From: Octopus sinensis
Taxonomy: Eukaryota
Length of the DNA stretch: 64,000 bases
Assembly: GCF_006345805.1 (NCBI RefSeq)
Contig: NC_043019.1
Location: forward strand, 29,635,360-29,699,359
Direction: 5' to 3'
Positions 14,349 to 27,566 of the stretch are shown one piece after another. Position 1 is the first letter of the stretch. Every line of letters begins with the position of its first letter. Under the pieces are notes generated by a model. That model did no database searches and had not been told where the DNA came from. It saw only the letters and a list, made by a program, of their open reading frames with translations. The position numbers and the translations under genes are program-made.

Positions 14349-15189
14349 CCTTAATACTGCTCCCACAATCAGTTGAAGTAGGGATTGCTGTCTGGCAAAT
14401 TACTTGATGAATTCACTGGTGCTGCTGGTGCCACATATAAAAAGCACCAAAAAATGTTTGGCATTAGGAAGGGCATCCAGTCACAGAAACCATGCTAAAG
14501 CAAACAGTAAAGCCTGGCGCAGTCCTCTTGCTCACCAGCTCCCGTCAAACTGTCCAACCCATGCCAGCATGGTAAATGGATGTTAAATGGCAATGGTTCT
14601 GTAGGAAAATATTCCCATAAAGATGAATGCAATTGATTCAAGCATCGAAAAGAGCACCACTAACATCTTGCTGGACTTCATTGCATATTTGACAGTGAAA
14701 CCCAAAGGAAGTAAGAATGTAATCAAAAGGAGGAAGCAATCACTTTTTTATTGAAAACCAAAATTCAAATTTCATTTTTAATGCTGAAATTTTATGCATT
14801 GTTATAAAAAAGCCATAATACTGTTTCTTTGTAATAAAAGATTAACTTCATATAATTTAGATAACATTGCAGCAAGAAATGCCAATCTCATAAGCCATGA
14901 ATTATTTGTTAAACACTCATTAAATTCTTGTTCTGAATTCATTGAGTTTGAAGAATTTTAATAACTTCAATACAAAGCTCAACTTTCAAATGCTAAAGAC
15001 CACCTTTTTTAATCTTTTGCATAAAATCTTAATTTATCCGAAGTGCACAAGAACTAATGAAGCTAGCCATTTATACAGTTTCATCAATTTGATAAACACG
15101 CTATTTCAGTATATTTTTTACCTTTTTAAATTTGCTATTATCATTATTCAAGCTGACAGAATTATTACCATGTTGGAAAAAATGCTTAG

Positions 15190-15790
15190 CAGTTATTTCT
15201 TCTGGTTCTTGTCATTCTAAGTTCAAATACTATTCAGGTCGACTTTGCTTTTTATCCTTTCAGTGTTAATACGATAAGTTCCAATCAAACATTGGGATTG
15301 ATATAATCGATTAACCTCCCTCCCTTAAAATTTTAGGCCTTTTGCCCAAAATAGCCTATAATGGAAAGAATTATTTTCAAGGTGGTGAGCTGGCTGAATT
15401 ATTAGTGAGTTGGACGAAATGCTTAGTGGTACCTCTTCTGCTCTTTACATTCTGAGTTCAAATTTCACAGAGATCAAATTTGCCTTTCACCCTTTTGAAC
15501 ACTAGGGCTGATATAATGGACTTACCTACTTCCCCCACCCATCAAAAAATATGAAACCATAATTATTATGATTAAAGTGATGAGCTGGCAGAATTGTTAG
15601 CATGCTGGACAAAATACTGCTAAGCATTATGTCCATCTTTACATTCTGAGTTCAAATGCCCACAAATCAACTTTGTCTTTCATCCTTTCAGGGTCAATAA
15701 ATTAAGTACCAGAGAAACACTAGGGTCAATGTAACTGACTATTCCCCTTCCCCAAAATTTCAGGCCTTGTGCCTCTAGTAGAAAGGATTA
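15190..15790 (+). mobile_element. Three tandem degenerate SINE family B copies
   Basis: CATTCTGAGTTCAAAT...TTTGCCTTTCATCCTTT recurs at ~15215, ~15450 and ~15640. Confidence 0.75.
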
Positions 15791-15809
15791 TTATTATTAT
15801 TATTATTAT

Positions 15810-16370
15810 TGAGTGAGAGAGCAGTACATGCCATCAAAGTGACACTGGGGTAAAATATACGAAGCCCAGTATACCCATCATGATTACCCGTCTGATAAGG
15901 GTACACTAGGCACATGCATCACAACAATATGTGTGTGACATGGTGATCTCATATCAAGATAAACAGCACATGACCTTACAGGTGGGGCCCAGTTAGAATT
16001 TTCTTCTGGTCAAGTAACCCATCCCGATCAAAAGGTCCCTGAATAAAGGTTGTTTAAGGATGTTTAACAAAACACCCATGTTTCCAGAAGTGAATTATTC
16101 AAACCCCAAAGAATCCCTCTCAACACATGGCTATGATGCTCCCCCACTACTTCTGCTCGTGATCAGAGATGCACATATCGCCAGCCACTAAGGGACATGT
16201 TCAACTGGTTAAAGTCAAACAACTGACAAGCAAATCTGTGGTATTGAACAGAATATTTGCTGTAGCCCATCTTTTATACCAAGACAAAACAATGTACATG
16301 ATAACACTTCCAATCAGTTAAGATCATAAGCCACAAGAGCCACTGCCTGGTACTGCATCAAGGCATTTAT
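15810..16370 (-). mobile_element. ~550-bp interspersed repeat (probable retroposon) bounded by (TTA)n on both sides
   Basis: GC-richer block between (TTA)n tracts at ~15790-15810 and ~16368-16390; resembles a common octopus repeat as recalled. No second copy in the window. Confidence 0.5.
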
Positions 16371-17333
16371 TATTATTATTATTATTATTCACAACAAAGA
16401 TTAATGGGTTTTTTTTAATTTGTAGGGCTTCAGGAGACATGTGGCAAGATCTGTTGAAACATAAAGCTGGCAGCACAATAAAATGTACCTAGCCCAATTT
16501 ATAAATTGGTTGGCATTAGGAAGGGTATTCACCCATATCATGCAAAAATGATGCACACAAAAACAAAAAACTTTTTACTCATTGACCAGATGACAAAAGA
16601 CTGTTACAAGTAAATTGATTGTACTGGGATTAGAACCATCCAATCTTATGCCAGCATAGAAGAAAAAAAACCCAGTCAAAGCAATGATAATGATGAAGGT
16701 TTAGTCAGAAGAAGAAAGGTGGCACCCATGACCTTTTTTTGCAGGACTCTAAGAATGATAGGAAAAAAGAGGCAATAAAAATGATGACCTTGTCCGAATA
16801 TTTGCAACAGAATAATTATGAAGGCTCCAGATATTGATGATCGTAAACCAAATGACTGCCTGCCACCCCAAAATATGTACAGTCTCTGCAACAGGCTTCC
16901 ACACAATTTCCATCTACTCAATTTCTCTCACACGGTTTGAGTCAGCTTAGCATGTCATCCTAATTAATTCTACATAATAATGACGCAATTTTTGGTAACA
17001 GAACTTTTTGGAAGTAAATATGTCCTGAACCTATCTTTATTGTTAACTCTTTAGCAAAAACTAGCCAGATCTGGCTCCTCAAACATACCCTCCAATGTCA
17101 TTCTTAAAGTAAACATTCACATCATTGAAATCTTGAAGCTGAGACATAATGCTTGTTTAATTCAAAACAATAAGAATAAGTATTTTGACAGAGTAAACTG
17201 AATACTAAAGGGTTAAACCCTGGTGAACCCTTATCATGAAGAGCTATGACCAAAGACATCCCATTTTTCTATAAAGTCATTATCAGACATCTTTGAACAT
17301 AGGTCTGCATGAGGAGGGCTGATCTAGGATTAA

Positions 17334-17553
17334 CCCTTTCGTTACTGTATTTATTTTGAGATGCTCTGTGTTTCTTTCAATTACTTCAAATATAACAAAG
17401 AATTTAGTAAAATAACTTAGTTATCTTTCAGCTAGTGTTAGGAACATAAATTATGACTAAGGTTTGGTGGTAGATTTTAATTCCAAACTTATGAAAACAC
17501 GACATTTGTACTCAGAGCCAGAGCCGGTTTCAGCCGGGTTGGTAACAAAAGGG
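17334..17553. mobile_element. piggyBac-type MITE, family 2
   Basis: TTAA|CCCTTTCGTTAC ... GTAACAAAAGGG|TTAA, 220 bp. Near-identical copy at 63689-63909; degenerate copies at ~26845-27050 and ~61690-61860. Confidence 0.85.
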
Positions 17554-18334
17554 TTAAACTGTGACAAGAACAAAAAGGGGATACAGTAAATGATATAGTC
17601 CTAGGTATACTATGTCTAATTAAAAGGATGGGATGGTCATAGCTGAGTTGCTTTTGATCAGAACTTCAGTTGATGAGGGCAACAATACAAACGATGTAAG
17701 CACTTGAATTTTGGAACTTTCTATTCTCCGTGGAACTGATTCAAATTAACATATGCACGCATGCATGATTTATTTTTTTTATTTCAGCATTTTAAATATT
17801 AAATACATGGAAATTTAACATGCTTTGTGATATAACAGAGCGAAAGCGATTTAATGATAATAGATAATGCTTGCATCTTTGTCATGCGGTCATGTAGAAA
17901 AAAAAATAAACTACACAAATAGAAACATGCAAAAAAAAAATGAGGTTAATAGTCCGGAAAAACCGAACTGCTCCAGCAATAACTCCTCTTAAAAATATAG
18001 TCGTGATTCACTTTGGTGATTGCAGCAGTTATTTGCTATCTCTCCGAAAAAAATAGATCAAAGCTATTTGGCAGTGTTGTAACTCATTAAAGATTTTTCA
18101 AGAGATAGGATGGGTTCTGCTTTTTTATGCCAAATCAACAGGAACATTTATTTAAAAGAAACAAAAAAAAAAGATGTATTAGTGAAAACTACTATTGTAT
18201 GTAACATCATTATCTATGAACAAATGAAGCAGCCTCTATGCAATCACTTGACCTGCAAGAAATATCAGCCAAATCTTTTAATTATACACCTTATCATCAT
18301 GAAGAGCATAAAGGTGCATGACCTAGTAATTAGG

Positions 18335-18575
18335 GTTTTATGTTCACCAAAGTCCTAGTAAGAAGGAAAACAGACAAATCACAAATCTCTTCTGGGAAAT
18401 GGCCCTGCTCAGTATGTAAGAAGGGCGTTGGCAGAAACTCCATACATTGTACCCAGTGCAAGCATTGGATACATAAAAGGTGCAGCGGTATCAAAGGAAG
18501 GTTAATGAAGAATATAATCTTTGTGTGTGGCAAATGTGCATGTACAATAAGCACTAAAAATATACAGACATTTTA
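18335..18575 (+). mobile_element. Internal RTE LINE fragment containing only the PHD-finger region
   Basis: GKWPCSVCKKGVGRNSIHCTQCKHWIHKRCSGIKGRL...FVCGKC is homologous to 50330-50470. Confidence 0.85.
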
Positions 18576-18662
18576 ACTAACCTAAAGTTCACTTATGCTT
18601 CAACATTGCTTGGCACTGATACTGCTGTAGAGAGTGTGTGTGTGTGTGTGCATGCGTGTGTG

Positions 18663-18720
<58 letters not shown>

Positions 18721-18809
18721 TATATGTATGTATGTAAGTAAGTATGTGACATGTGAATCTGTAAAGGCCTTTCACTAAAGTTTTGCATCAGAGAAAAAAA
18801 ACAACTTAA

Positions 18810-18886
18810 TTTAGACAAAAAAAGTGTTAGAATAACATAGCCAGCTCAGAGTGGCTTCTATGTGTTCTAACACCTTTCTGTCTGAA
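18810..18886 (-). ncRNA. Candidate intronic pre-miRNA-like hairpin
   Basis: 77-nt imperfect inverted repeat in otherwise non-repetitive sequence. It pairs better on the minus (host-sense) strand, where G.U pairs replace A.C mismatches. No known miRNA recognised. Confidence 0.35.
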
Positions 18887-19229
18887 GTGAGAATTTATCT
18901 CCACAGTAAAACTGCAGTGCAAAGCCTTTAGAGGTTCAAATATGTCCTAAACATATTCCATCTAAAATTAATTTATTTTCCACCACTGCTTTGCACACCT
19001 ACCCATGTATACATATACAGACATATGTTTTTATACCAAGTTATAATAAAAACAATTTTTACATCAAGCTGGAGGACTACTCGATACTTTTTATAGAGTA
19101 GATTTATTATTATTTAACAAGAATAGTATTGACAGGGACTTCGAAGTTTCAGCCTGCTTAGGCACATCAGACAGTCTGATGAAGGTTAAGTAGCATGAAA
19201 CTTTGAAATCACTGTCAACACTATTATTG

Positions 19230-19600
19230 TTAAAGAATATCCCAGCCACATAGTTCCAAGTTCAGCCCCAGTGTGGTAGGCACCTTAAGCAAGAGTCTTC
19301 TATTATAGTCTTGAGCCAACCAAAGCCTTGCAAGTGGATTTTGGTGGACGGAAACTGAAAGAATTCCATAATATATAGGTGTGCATGTGTCTATGCTTGT
19401 CACCCACCACCACTTGACAACCTGTGTTGGTGTGTTTACATACCCATAACTTAGTGGTTCAAGAAAAGAGACCAATAGAATAAATACTAGGCTTTAAGAA
19501 AAAAAAAAAGCACTGGGGCAATTCATTGAACTAAAAACTCTTCAATGTGGTGCCCCTACATGGCTACAGTCTAATGAGTGAAATAAGTAAAAGATAAAAA
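19230..19600 (+). mobile_element. SINE family A
   Basis: Homologous to 32759-33140. Confidence 0.8.
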
Positions 19601-20599
19601 TTGTGTGTGTGTGTGTGTGTGTAAGGAAAATGTCATCATCAAAAGATGAAAGAATCTTCATTGTCCTAAAATTGGCATGAATCAACAGTAATCCTGTTCA
19701 GTAGACTGGGCATATCTAGTTCAATTGCTTGGAGTGAAATGGAGTGGTGTGGTTTAAGCAGCTGGTAGTGCAAACAGCAGGGTAGCAAGCCAGCAATTCT
19801 GGAATTTTTAAGCTGTGGCTGTAAACAGGAAGGGGTGAGAATGGGTTAGGAAAGGAAGTTAATGAATACAATTGGAAAGTGGGTGACAGTTGTGGTGAGG
19901 AGGTGGGATATGTGAAGGAGGTTTAGAGAGAGATAGCATGTGCATTAACCCTTTAGTGTTCAGATTACTCTGCCAAATGTAATGCTTATATATTCACATT
20001 GTTCTAAATCAATCATGCATTACCTGATAGCTTCAAGATTTTTGAAGAAGGTAATTGTTTATTTATTTATTTATTTTTTTTTTTTAATGACATTGTAAAG
20101 GTAGGTGTAAAGGTTGGTCTGAACATAAAACAAAACATTTGAGATGCATATGGCTGATTGAAATGCTAAAAAGTTAAGAAGCTTAACCAATTTTAATCTA
20201 TCAAATTCCATTCACAAAGTATTGGTCAACTACATAGTAGGTGTGGAGGTGCATGGTTTAGTGGTTAGGATGCTGGAGATGATTGTAAGATTGTGGTTTC
20301 AATTCCTGAATTGAGCAATGTTCTTGAACAAAACCCTTCATTTCACATTGCTCCAGTCCACCCAGTTGGTATCCTGTCCAGGGACGAATATATACACCAG
20401 AGAAACCGCGAAACTGACCCTAACCTCCTTATGGAGTAATGTGGACTGACTATATAATAGAAGGTAGTTTTGTACGATGATTTAGAACTATGATGGCAAA
20501 GTGAACTTGTTACCAAATAGCTGTATCTTCGATGAAATGAGTTTCAACTACAAACATCCTGTATAATCTCAACAGAACAGTAACCTACTCAAATGTATC

Positions 20600-20960
20600 T
20601 TATCTTTCACTTGTTTCAATCATTGAAATGTGGCCATGCTGGGACACCACCCTGAAGAGCTTGATCAAACAAATGAACCCCAGTACTTATTCTACCAGTC
20701 TTTTTCGCCGACCTACTAAGTTACAGGATGCAAACAAAGCAACACCAGTTGTCAAGCAGTAGTGGATTACAAACAACAGAAAAACACATCTAGATATATA
20801 TGATGGGTATCTTTCAGGTTTTACCTATCAAATCCACTCACAAGACTGCTTGGGTTGGGGCTACAGCAGAAGACACTTGTTAAAAGTGCTACACGGTGAG
20901 ACTGAACCCAAGTCCACATGGTTGGGAAGCAAACTTCTTAACCACACAGCCATGTCCGTG
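20600..20960 (-). mobile_element. SINE family A
   Basis: Reverse-complement homology to 32759-33140. Confidence 0.8.
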
Positions 20961-21814
20961 CACTTATTGAGCACACTGTAACGTTTAAATGGTTGTTTGG
21001 TTTTGTTGTGTTGCTCCTTTAGTTTAGTTCAGTCTCTGTAGACTAACCAACCATAGCTATGGACAGATGCCATGAATATAATTCTGTTGTGTAATTCACT
21101 GCACTGACATTTTACCTGTAAGCCATAATAATCCTTTAGTTGCATTCCAAGCAGAGTGATTGTAATGATTTGTTGACTGGATTTTCAAATCTTGTCAGTG
21201 GACCTAATGTCACTTAGATATCACAACATGGCAGACAACAGGATGAAAATATTTGAAACAATTGTAATTGAAAAACAGCAGAAAGAAAAAAAAAATGTTT
21301 ACATTTCTTATTTTTAGCTCTTTTTAATTTTTATCCTTATCATTATGTAATTTTCATTTTCAGTTGAAAAGCAAAATAACGTGATTTAAATAACATGTAA
21401 TTTGCTATTAGCTGTGAATAAAATTCACTTGTATTGTGTTTTTATCGGAATAACTAGTACACATCAACATACAGCTGGTTATTTGGAAGAGCACTGCTGA
21501 CAACCAATCAACAATAATCTGTTCTGATAACAAGCAAACACATACACCTTTAGAATATTTCATAATATTAATACAGACAGCGCTTTTTGAAGTGAACTAA
21601 CTAGGCTTCTAGTTGTTGGTTCAGTAGGTACTTGATCTAACACTGAAATAACACTAATGTAGCCTATAATATAATAAATATAAAATACTTTATAAGTCTG
21701 TAGAAACTTTGAGAGAATATGAAATTATTTGATATCAATAATTGAACTTGGAGCAAATAAAACCTTCAACTTTTTCTATCCAAAAAGGTTTTCAACCTAA
21801 TTTTTACAAAGGCG

Positions 21815-21973
21815 TGGGCATGGCTGTGTGGTAAGAAGCTTGCTACTCAACCACATGGTTCTGGGGTCAGTCTCACTGTGTGGAACCATGAGCAAGTGTT
21901 TTCTACTATAGTCTCAAGTTGACCAAAGCCTTGTGAGTGGATTTGGTAGATGAAAATGAAAAGAAGCCTGTTG

Positions 21974-22004
<31 letters not shown>

Positions 22005-22145
22005 GATAACTGTGTTTGATAACTGGTGTTGGTTTTTTTAGGTCCCTGTAACTTAGTGACTCGACAAGAGACCAATAGAGTACTGTGGTCAATTCATTCA
22101 TTCTTCAAGGCAGTGCCCCAGTCATATGATTGTAACAAGTAAAAG
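21815..22145 (+). mobile_element. SINE family A
   Basis: Homologous to 32759-33140. Confidence 0.8.
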
Positions 22146-22964
22146 ATAATGATGCTATCAATTATAGCTTTATCTTTATAAGATTACACTAGATATTAAC
22201 TGAAGCAGTGGAATCGTGTCAGTGACCAGGTCACAGTTAACGTGATGAAAATTTTGACACCAAATAATAAATGTTTAAGTGAAGTTAACAGTGTTTGTGT
22301 GTTTTTGAGTGTGTCATTCACATTGCAATCGTTTTAGTTTCAACACATGGTCTCAGATCAAATCACTTGCCTGACAAATACACCACCAAAATATAATTAG
22401 AGTATTATATAAAAATATATGAAGTTTATACAATGTTTTAATAAATTCTTATCTACTTTTACCAGAACTAAGACAATAAGAAAGAAAACCAAAAGTATAC
22501 CATGTAAAAATAAGGAATTCTAAAAAAAAAAAAAGGAAAGTGCTTCACTTACTAATGTTTAGTTTCCCACATTAAATTATTTCCTCATTCTTTTTCTGGC
22601 TGTTTACAAAGAGGGATATGAAAACTACACAAACACATATCACTGACTTCATCTGCTACAATGGGTCAGTCTTACATTATATAAACTACAAAATCATTTA
22701 AATGTTCACTTTTCCATGCTTGCATAAGTCAGGCAGAGTTTATTGAAGCAGATTTTCGATGGACAGATGCCCTTCTTATTGCCAACCATTACTTGTTTCC
22801 AAGTACAGAAATAATCCCCCATGGTTAGACTCGTTTTAACAATATACTGAAAATGAATGACATTCAGTTACAGCATTATGCAATGTCAAGACGAAACAAA
22901 CCAACACATACTGAAAACATACACATATTCACACACACACACACACATATATAATACTCTTACT

Positions 22965-23352
22965 CTCTCTCTTTTACTCGTTTCAGTCCTTTGACTGCAG
23001 CCATGCTGAAGCACCACCTTTAGTCGAGCAAATCGCCCCCGGGACTTATTCTTTGTAAGCCCAGTACTTATTCTATCAGTCTCTTTTGCCAAACCGCTAA
23101 GTGACTGCGACGTAAACACACCAGCACCAGTTGTCAAGCAATGCTAGGGGGACAAACACAGACACACAAACATATATATATATATACATATATACGACAG
23201 GCTTCTTTCAGTTTCCGTCTACCAAATCCACTCACAAGGCTTTGGTCGGCCCGAGGCTATAGTAGAAGACACTTGCCCAAGATGCCACGCAGTGGGACTG
23301 AACCCGGAACCATGTGGTTGGTAAGCTACTTACCACACAGCCACTCCTGCGC
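22965..23352 (-). mobile_element. SINE family A (young, CpG intact)
   Basis: Near full-length reverse copy; a + strand copy follows at ~23385-23560. Confidence 0.85.
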
Positions 23353-23568
23353 CTACATTGAAAATTATGTAATCATACTTCTATAGGAACAGGTGTGGCT
23401 ATGTGGTTGAGAAGTCTGCTTCACAAGTACACGGTGTCAGTTTCAGTCTCACTGCATGGCACCTAGGGCAAGTGTCTTTTAGTATAGCCCCAGGCTCACC
23501 CTCACCAGGGCTTTGTGAGCAGATTTGGTAGATGGAAACTGAAAAGTCTGTTGTAAGTACATGCATAT

Positions 23569-23604
<36 letters not shown>

Positions 23605-24823
23605 GCATTTTCTTTGTGTTATTTGTCCTGTACTCTATTTTTTCGTTGTTTAAGAAAAATGTCCAGTTCCTTGGTTTTGTGTTTATGTTTTCGTTTCTCA
23701 TTGTGTTCGACGTTTTTTTGGTGTCCTGTACCTATATATGCATGTATATATACATGTAGATGTAGGTACATACATATATGTATGTATATATGCAAATGTT
23801 TTATTTATTAATTTGTTATATATATATATATATATCAACCCGTGCTAGCGCGGAAAAAGGACATTAAACGATGATGATGATGATATATATACATACAATC
23901 ACACACACAAAGGTTTCTTTCAGTTTCCATCATATCAGATCCAATGACACTCGCCCAAAGTGCTATGCAAGTGGACTGAAACTGATACCATGCAGCTGTG
24001 AAACAAACTTAACTCCATAGCTACACCTGTGCCTAGAGAAGTAGGACTGTATAATTTTTAATGTATATTTTGTTTGTGTTTTTTTCTTCTTTTTTTCAAT
24101 TTTGTTCTGCAAAGTAGAGCAATACTCATTGCCTTCTCTGGCCCAAGATCAGTGAGGTTGACATAGATTATGTTTTTTTTTTTTTCAATAACAATGTTGA
24201 TAGCTACAGGAAAACCATGGACAGAGAAAGAATATGAAACAACTGGCAATCTAAGAACATAGTGGTTGGCAAAGGGGTGGAAAGGTATATACAATGGGTG
24301 ATGGTAGGAGGGGTATTATGCGAGTCATGTGAGGTTGGTTGACAATAGAATAAGACCAGCCAATGCTGAAGAAGGGGGCTATTATAGAAGTTTAAAGTAG
24401 AAAAGATAGAGTGAGGAAATGATATGTCAGTAAGTATGAAGGCTACCCATTCATGAAACTGCAGTGTATGTCAAGATAGCAATTCTTCAGTGTCTTTCAT
24501 TTGTTCAACATATTTTCTACCAAATCACCAAAAGTTCAATTCTACACACAGTATCATCAACTGTGCTTCAGACAACATTCCCATCAAATCTATTGTCCTT
24601 CTATTCGTATTACACCAACGTGCAATTTCTTTAGTAACATAATTAAATATGAACACATCTACAGGCAATATGACAATATCAAAGTAATTTTCCCAAGCAC
24701 TTGCTATTCAGTATTTCCTTATCAGCATAAAAAACAAAAAAAGCAAAGCTCTAACGATATCATCATCTCACAAAAATAAAATATTTCTAAACCCGCAAAC
24801 CATCTCTCTCATGCGTGTGTATG

Positions 24824-24857
<34 letters not shown>

Positions 24858-27519
24858 CATAGACACACACGTGTGTGTGTGCATACGTTTGAATGTATAT
24901 ATGTGAGTGTGTATACTTGTGTATGTGTGTGTAAATATATATATAAACCGAGACACCTGCTCTCAATCACAAAAATCTCTTGGAGACCTGCTTCACAACA
25001 GTGAATGACTACGATGAACAGGATTGTCTACTATGAATATCTCAGCAGATAAAATCTATACCAAATGGAGCAGTTTCATGAACATCATCCAAAAGACTGC
25101 CTGAGCAGATCTTTTACTCACAACTACCTCCAAGGCAAATAAAATGTGTTCAAACTCACCTAGGCAAACTTAAGGAAAATCTGAAGGAACAAAATACAAA
25201 CTTAATGCTATGAGCAACCATAGCCCACCAAAGAAATGCATTTTGGCTTTTTGATTTTTTTTTTTTTTTTTTACTTGTTGGATCTGGAGGAAAGAAGAGA
25301 ACATGTGACCTTTGCAGGCCTTCTTAGAGCAGTGAGATTGATGCCATTGATATTGTTCTTGAATGTTTGAAGTGAAAACCTATAAGGAAACACATGAGCA
25401 GAGAGGATATTCTTGAGGGTCAATGTTTTGAGAAGGAATAACTTGCTGAGCCCAAGTCTGCTCAGATTAACCCTTCAACGTTTAAACCAGTCGTACCTGG
25501 TCCCAATATTCAAACCAGTCAAATCTGGTCTTCCACACCTATTCTACAGTGTCATTCTAAAAAGAAACAATCATATCATTAAAATCTCAAAGCTACCAGA
25601 TAATGCATGGTTAAACCAAGACATGAACAAACAGGCATTACATTTGATAGAATAATCCAAATACTAAAGGTTTAAGCTGTCATCACCATCCAATCTGATT
25701 TTCCAACACAGCATATACAGAACTACATCATCCAATGCAGCCGTCATTTAAGATGATCAGTTGTGATCTGAGGAGATTTGGTTGCTATTGCTTGTAGGTC
25801 AAGCATCCCTCTTTAAACATAAAAGATAGGACACAATGAACAATGTAGTTTTAGATATACAAAAAGACAAAGTGACCAAGGCTGGAATAGAAAACCTTTC
25901 ATATGAAATTAGTTGAGCAGAATTGACTAAGCAGAAGAGGGAGAACTACAACTAAAACCGGCTAATCTTCTTTTACTAATGTTGCCTACCTTTAACCAAA
26001 GCAGGGTATTTTAGCATATATATACCTAAACCTAGATTCTAAAAAAGCTTCTTTGCTCCCTCTTTTCCCAGTTACTCCTAACTCTTTTCTTACTATTTTG
26101 TCTCTAATTTTTTTCCCCAGCAACAGTATCTAAAATTAGTATTAAAGAGAAAAGAAGATGGCAGGTTTTACATCAGAAGCAGTTCATTGCAATCCTATTT
26201 GTTCTGTGTAGCTCCTGTGATTAGACTCTTATATAAGTGCATTCACCTATGTCTCCATTCATTATTTAATAACCACTCGCTCTTTCTCTGCATACATATG
26301 CCTCTGTCATTGTTATATGGAATCTAACTTCTATTCAGTGTGGTGGAAGGAGGTATATTTTACCATTCATAATCATTCCATAATATTTCAATAATATATT
26401 TTATTGATTAATTTCATATATATTAATTTCTTTGAAGTAAAAATATATTCTAAATGTGTTTTGAACTAATAATCATTACTAACATAGGTACAAGGCCAAT
26501 ACAAATAAGTGTTAACACTGTTTTATCTGAGAGATAAACTAAGGGAGTCTCTAGTCGCTCAACTTGCAAAAAATAGCAACCAAAACTCCTTCCAAATATA
26601 CCCTACCATACTGCCTTAAAAAACAAAGGACACTGTATAGCCTTAGATACAGTGGCCATGACCAGAATTCCTTTGATCATAAATCTTGATCAGGACCAAA
26701 CAACAACCAATTCTCGATATTTATCCTATGATTCTATACCCCTACCACAACATTGCAACATTCTGGGCAGCATGCATTTTAAGACAAGTTATTTCATCAA
26801 GAGTATAATATAATATGAAAGCCTACTAAAAGTGTTATTTTAACTTGATACCAACCAGCCTGACATCGCCTCTGGTTCCAGGATACAAACTACCTCTTCT
26901 AAAGTGATCTAAATTAACATGGTATTATGATGGAAGGCTTATGTTCCAAACACCAGATTAATAATGACGAAGCTAATATATTAAATTCTTCATTATTTTC
27001 AAAATTAATTGAAACAAAGTGTATTTCAACAGAAGTATGCTGACAAAATAGGTTAAACATTTTTCATGTTAATCGTAATCATAGCAAATAGTCTGATACA
27101 AAATGCGCAGGATTTTGAAGTTTCATATTTAGAATAAATCCTATAAACACCTTACGTAAGAGCATTTCTCTTAAATTATGTTTCAAGCAACAGTTTTAAT
27201 ATGAAAATTATTCTACTAAATTCTTCCAAGGTCGTGATTATTTTCAAAATTAATTGAAAGACATAAGCAGTATATTTCAAGAGAAATATTGTTGCATAAA
27301 GAGATAAATACTACACAACAAACACTCACAAAACAATATTTCTTCAACAATGCTTCAATTTTTTTCATTACTACATACACACAAATTATGAATGTGTGTT
27401 TAAGTTGCTGCACAAAAATATAAAATTGTTCAGCACAAGTTTGTTAGAAGTGTGCAGTCTTATCTATGTTAATTTATGCAAGATAACAAGAGTATACAAT
27501 CCATAAATTAACATATATG

Positions 27520-27563
<44 letters not shown>
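27520..27563. repeat. (GA)n microsatellite
   Basis: AGAGAG run with one interruption. Confidence 0.95.

Positions 27564-27566
<3 letters not shown>

Noticed and set aside
14605-14710. Plus-strand AG...GT-bounded open segment (ENIPIKMNAIDSSIEK...)
   Set aside because: Weak polypyrimidine tract partly from an RTE tail, no recognisable homology and no partner exons.
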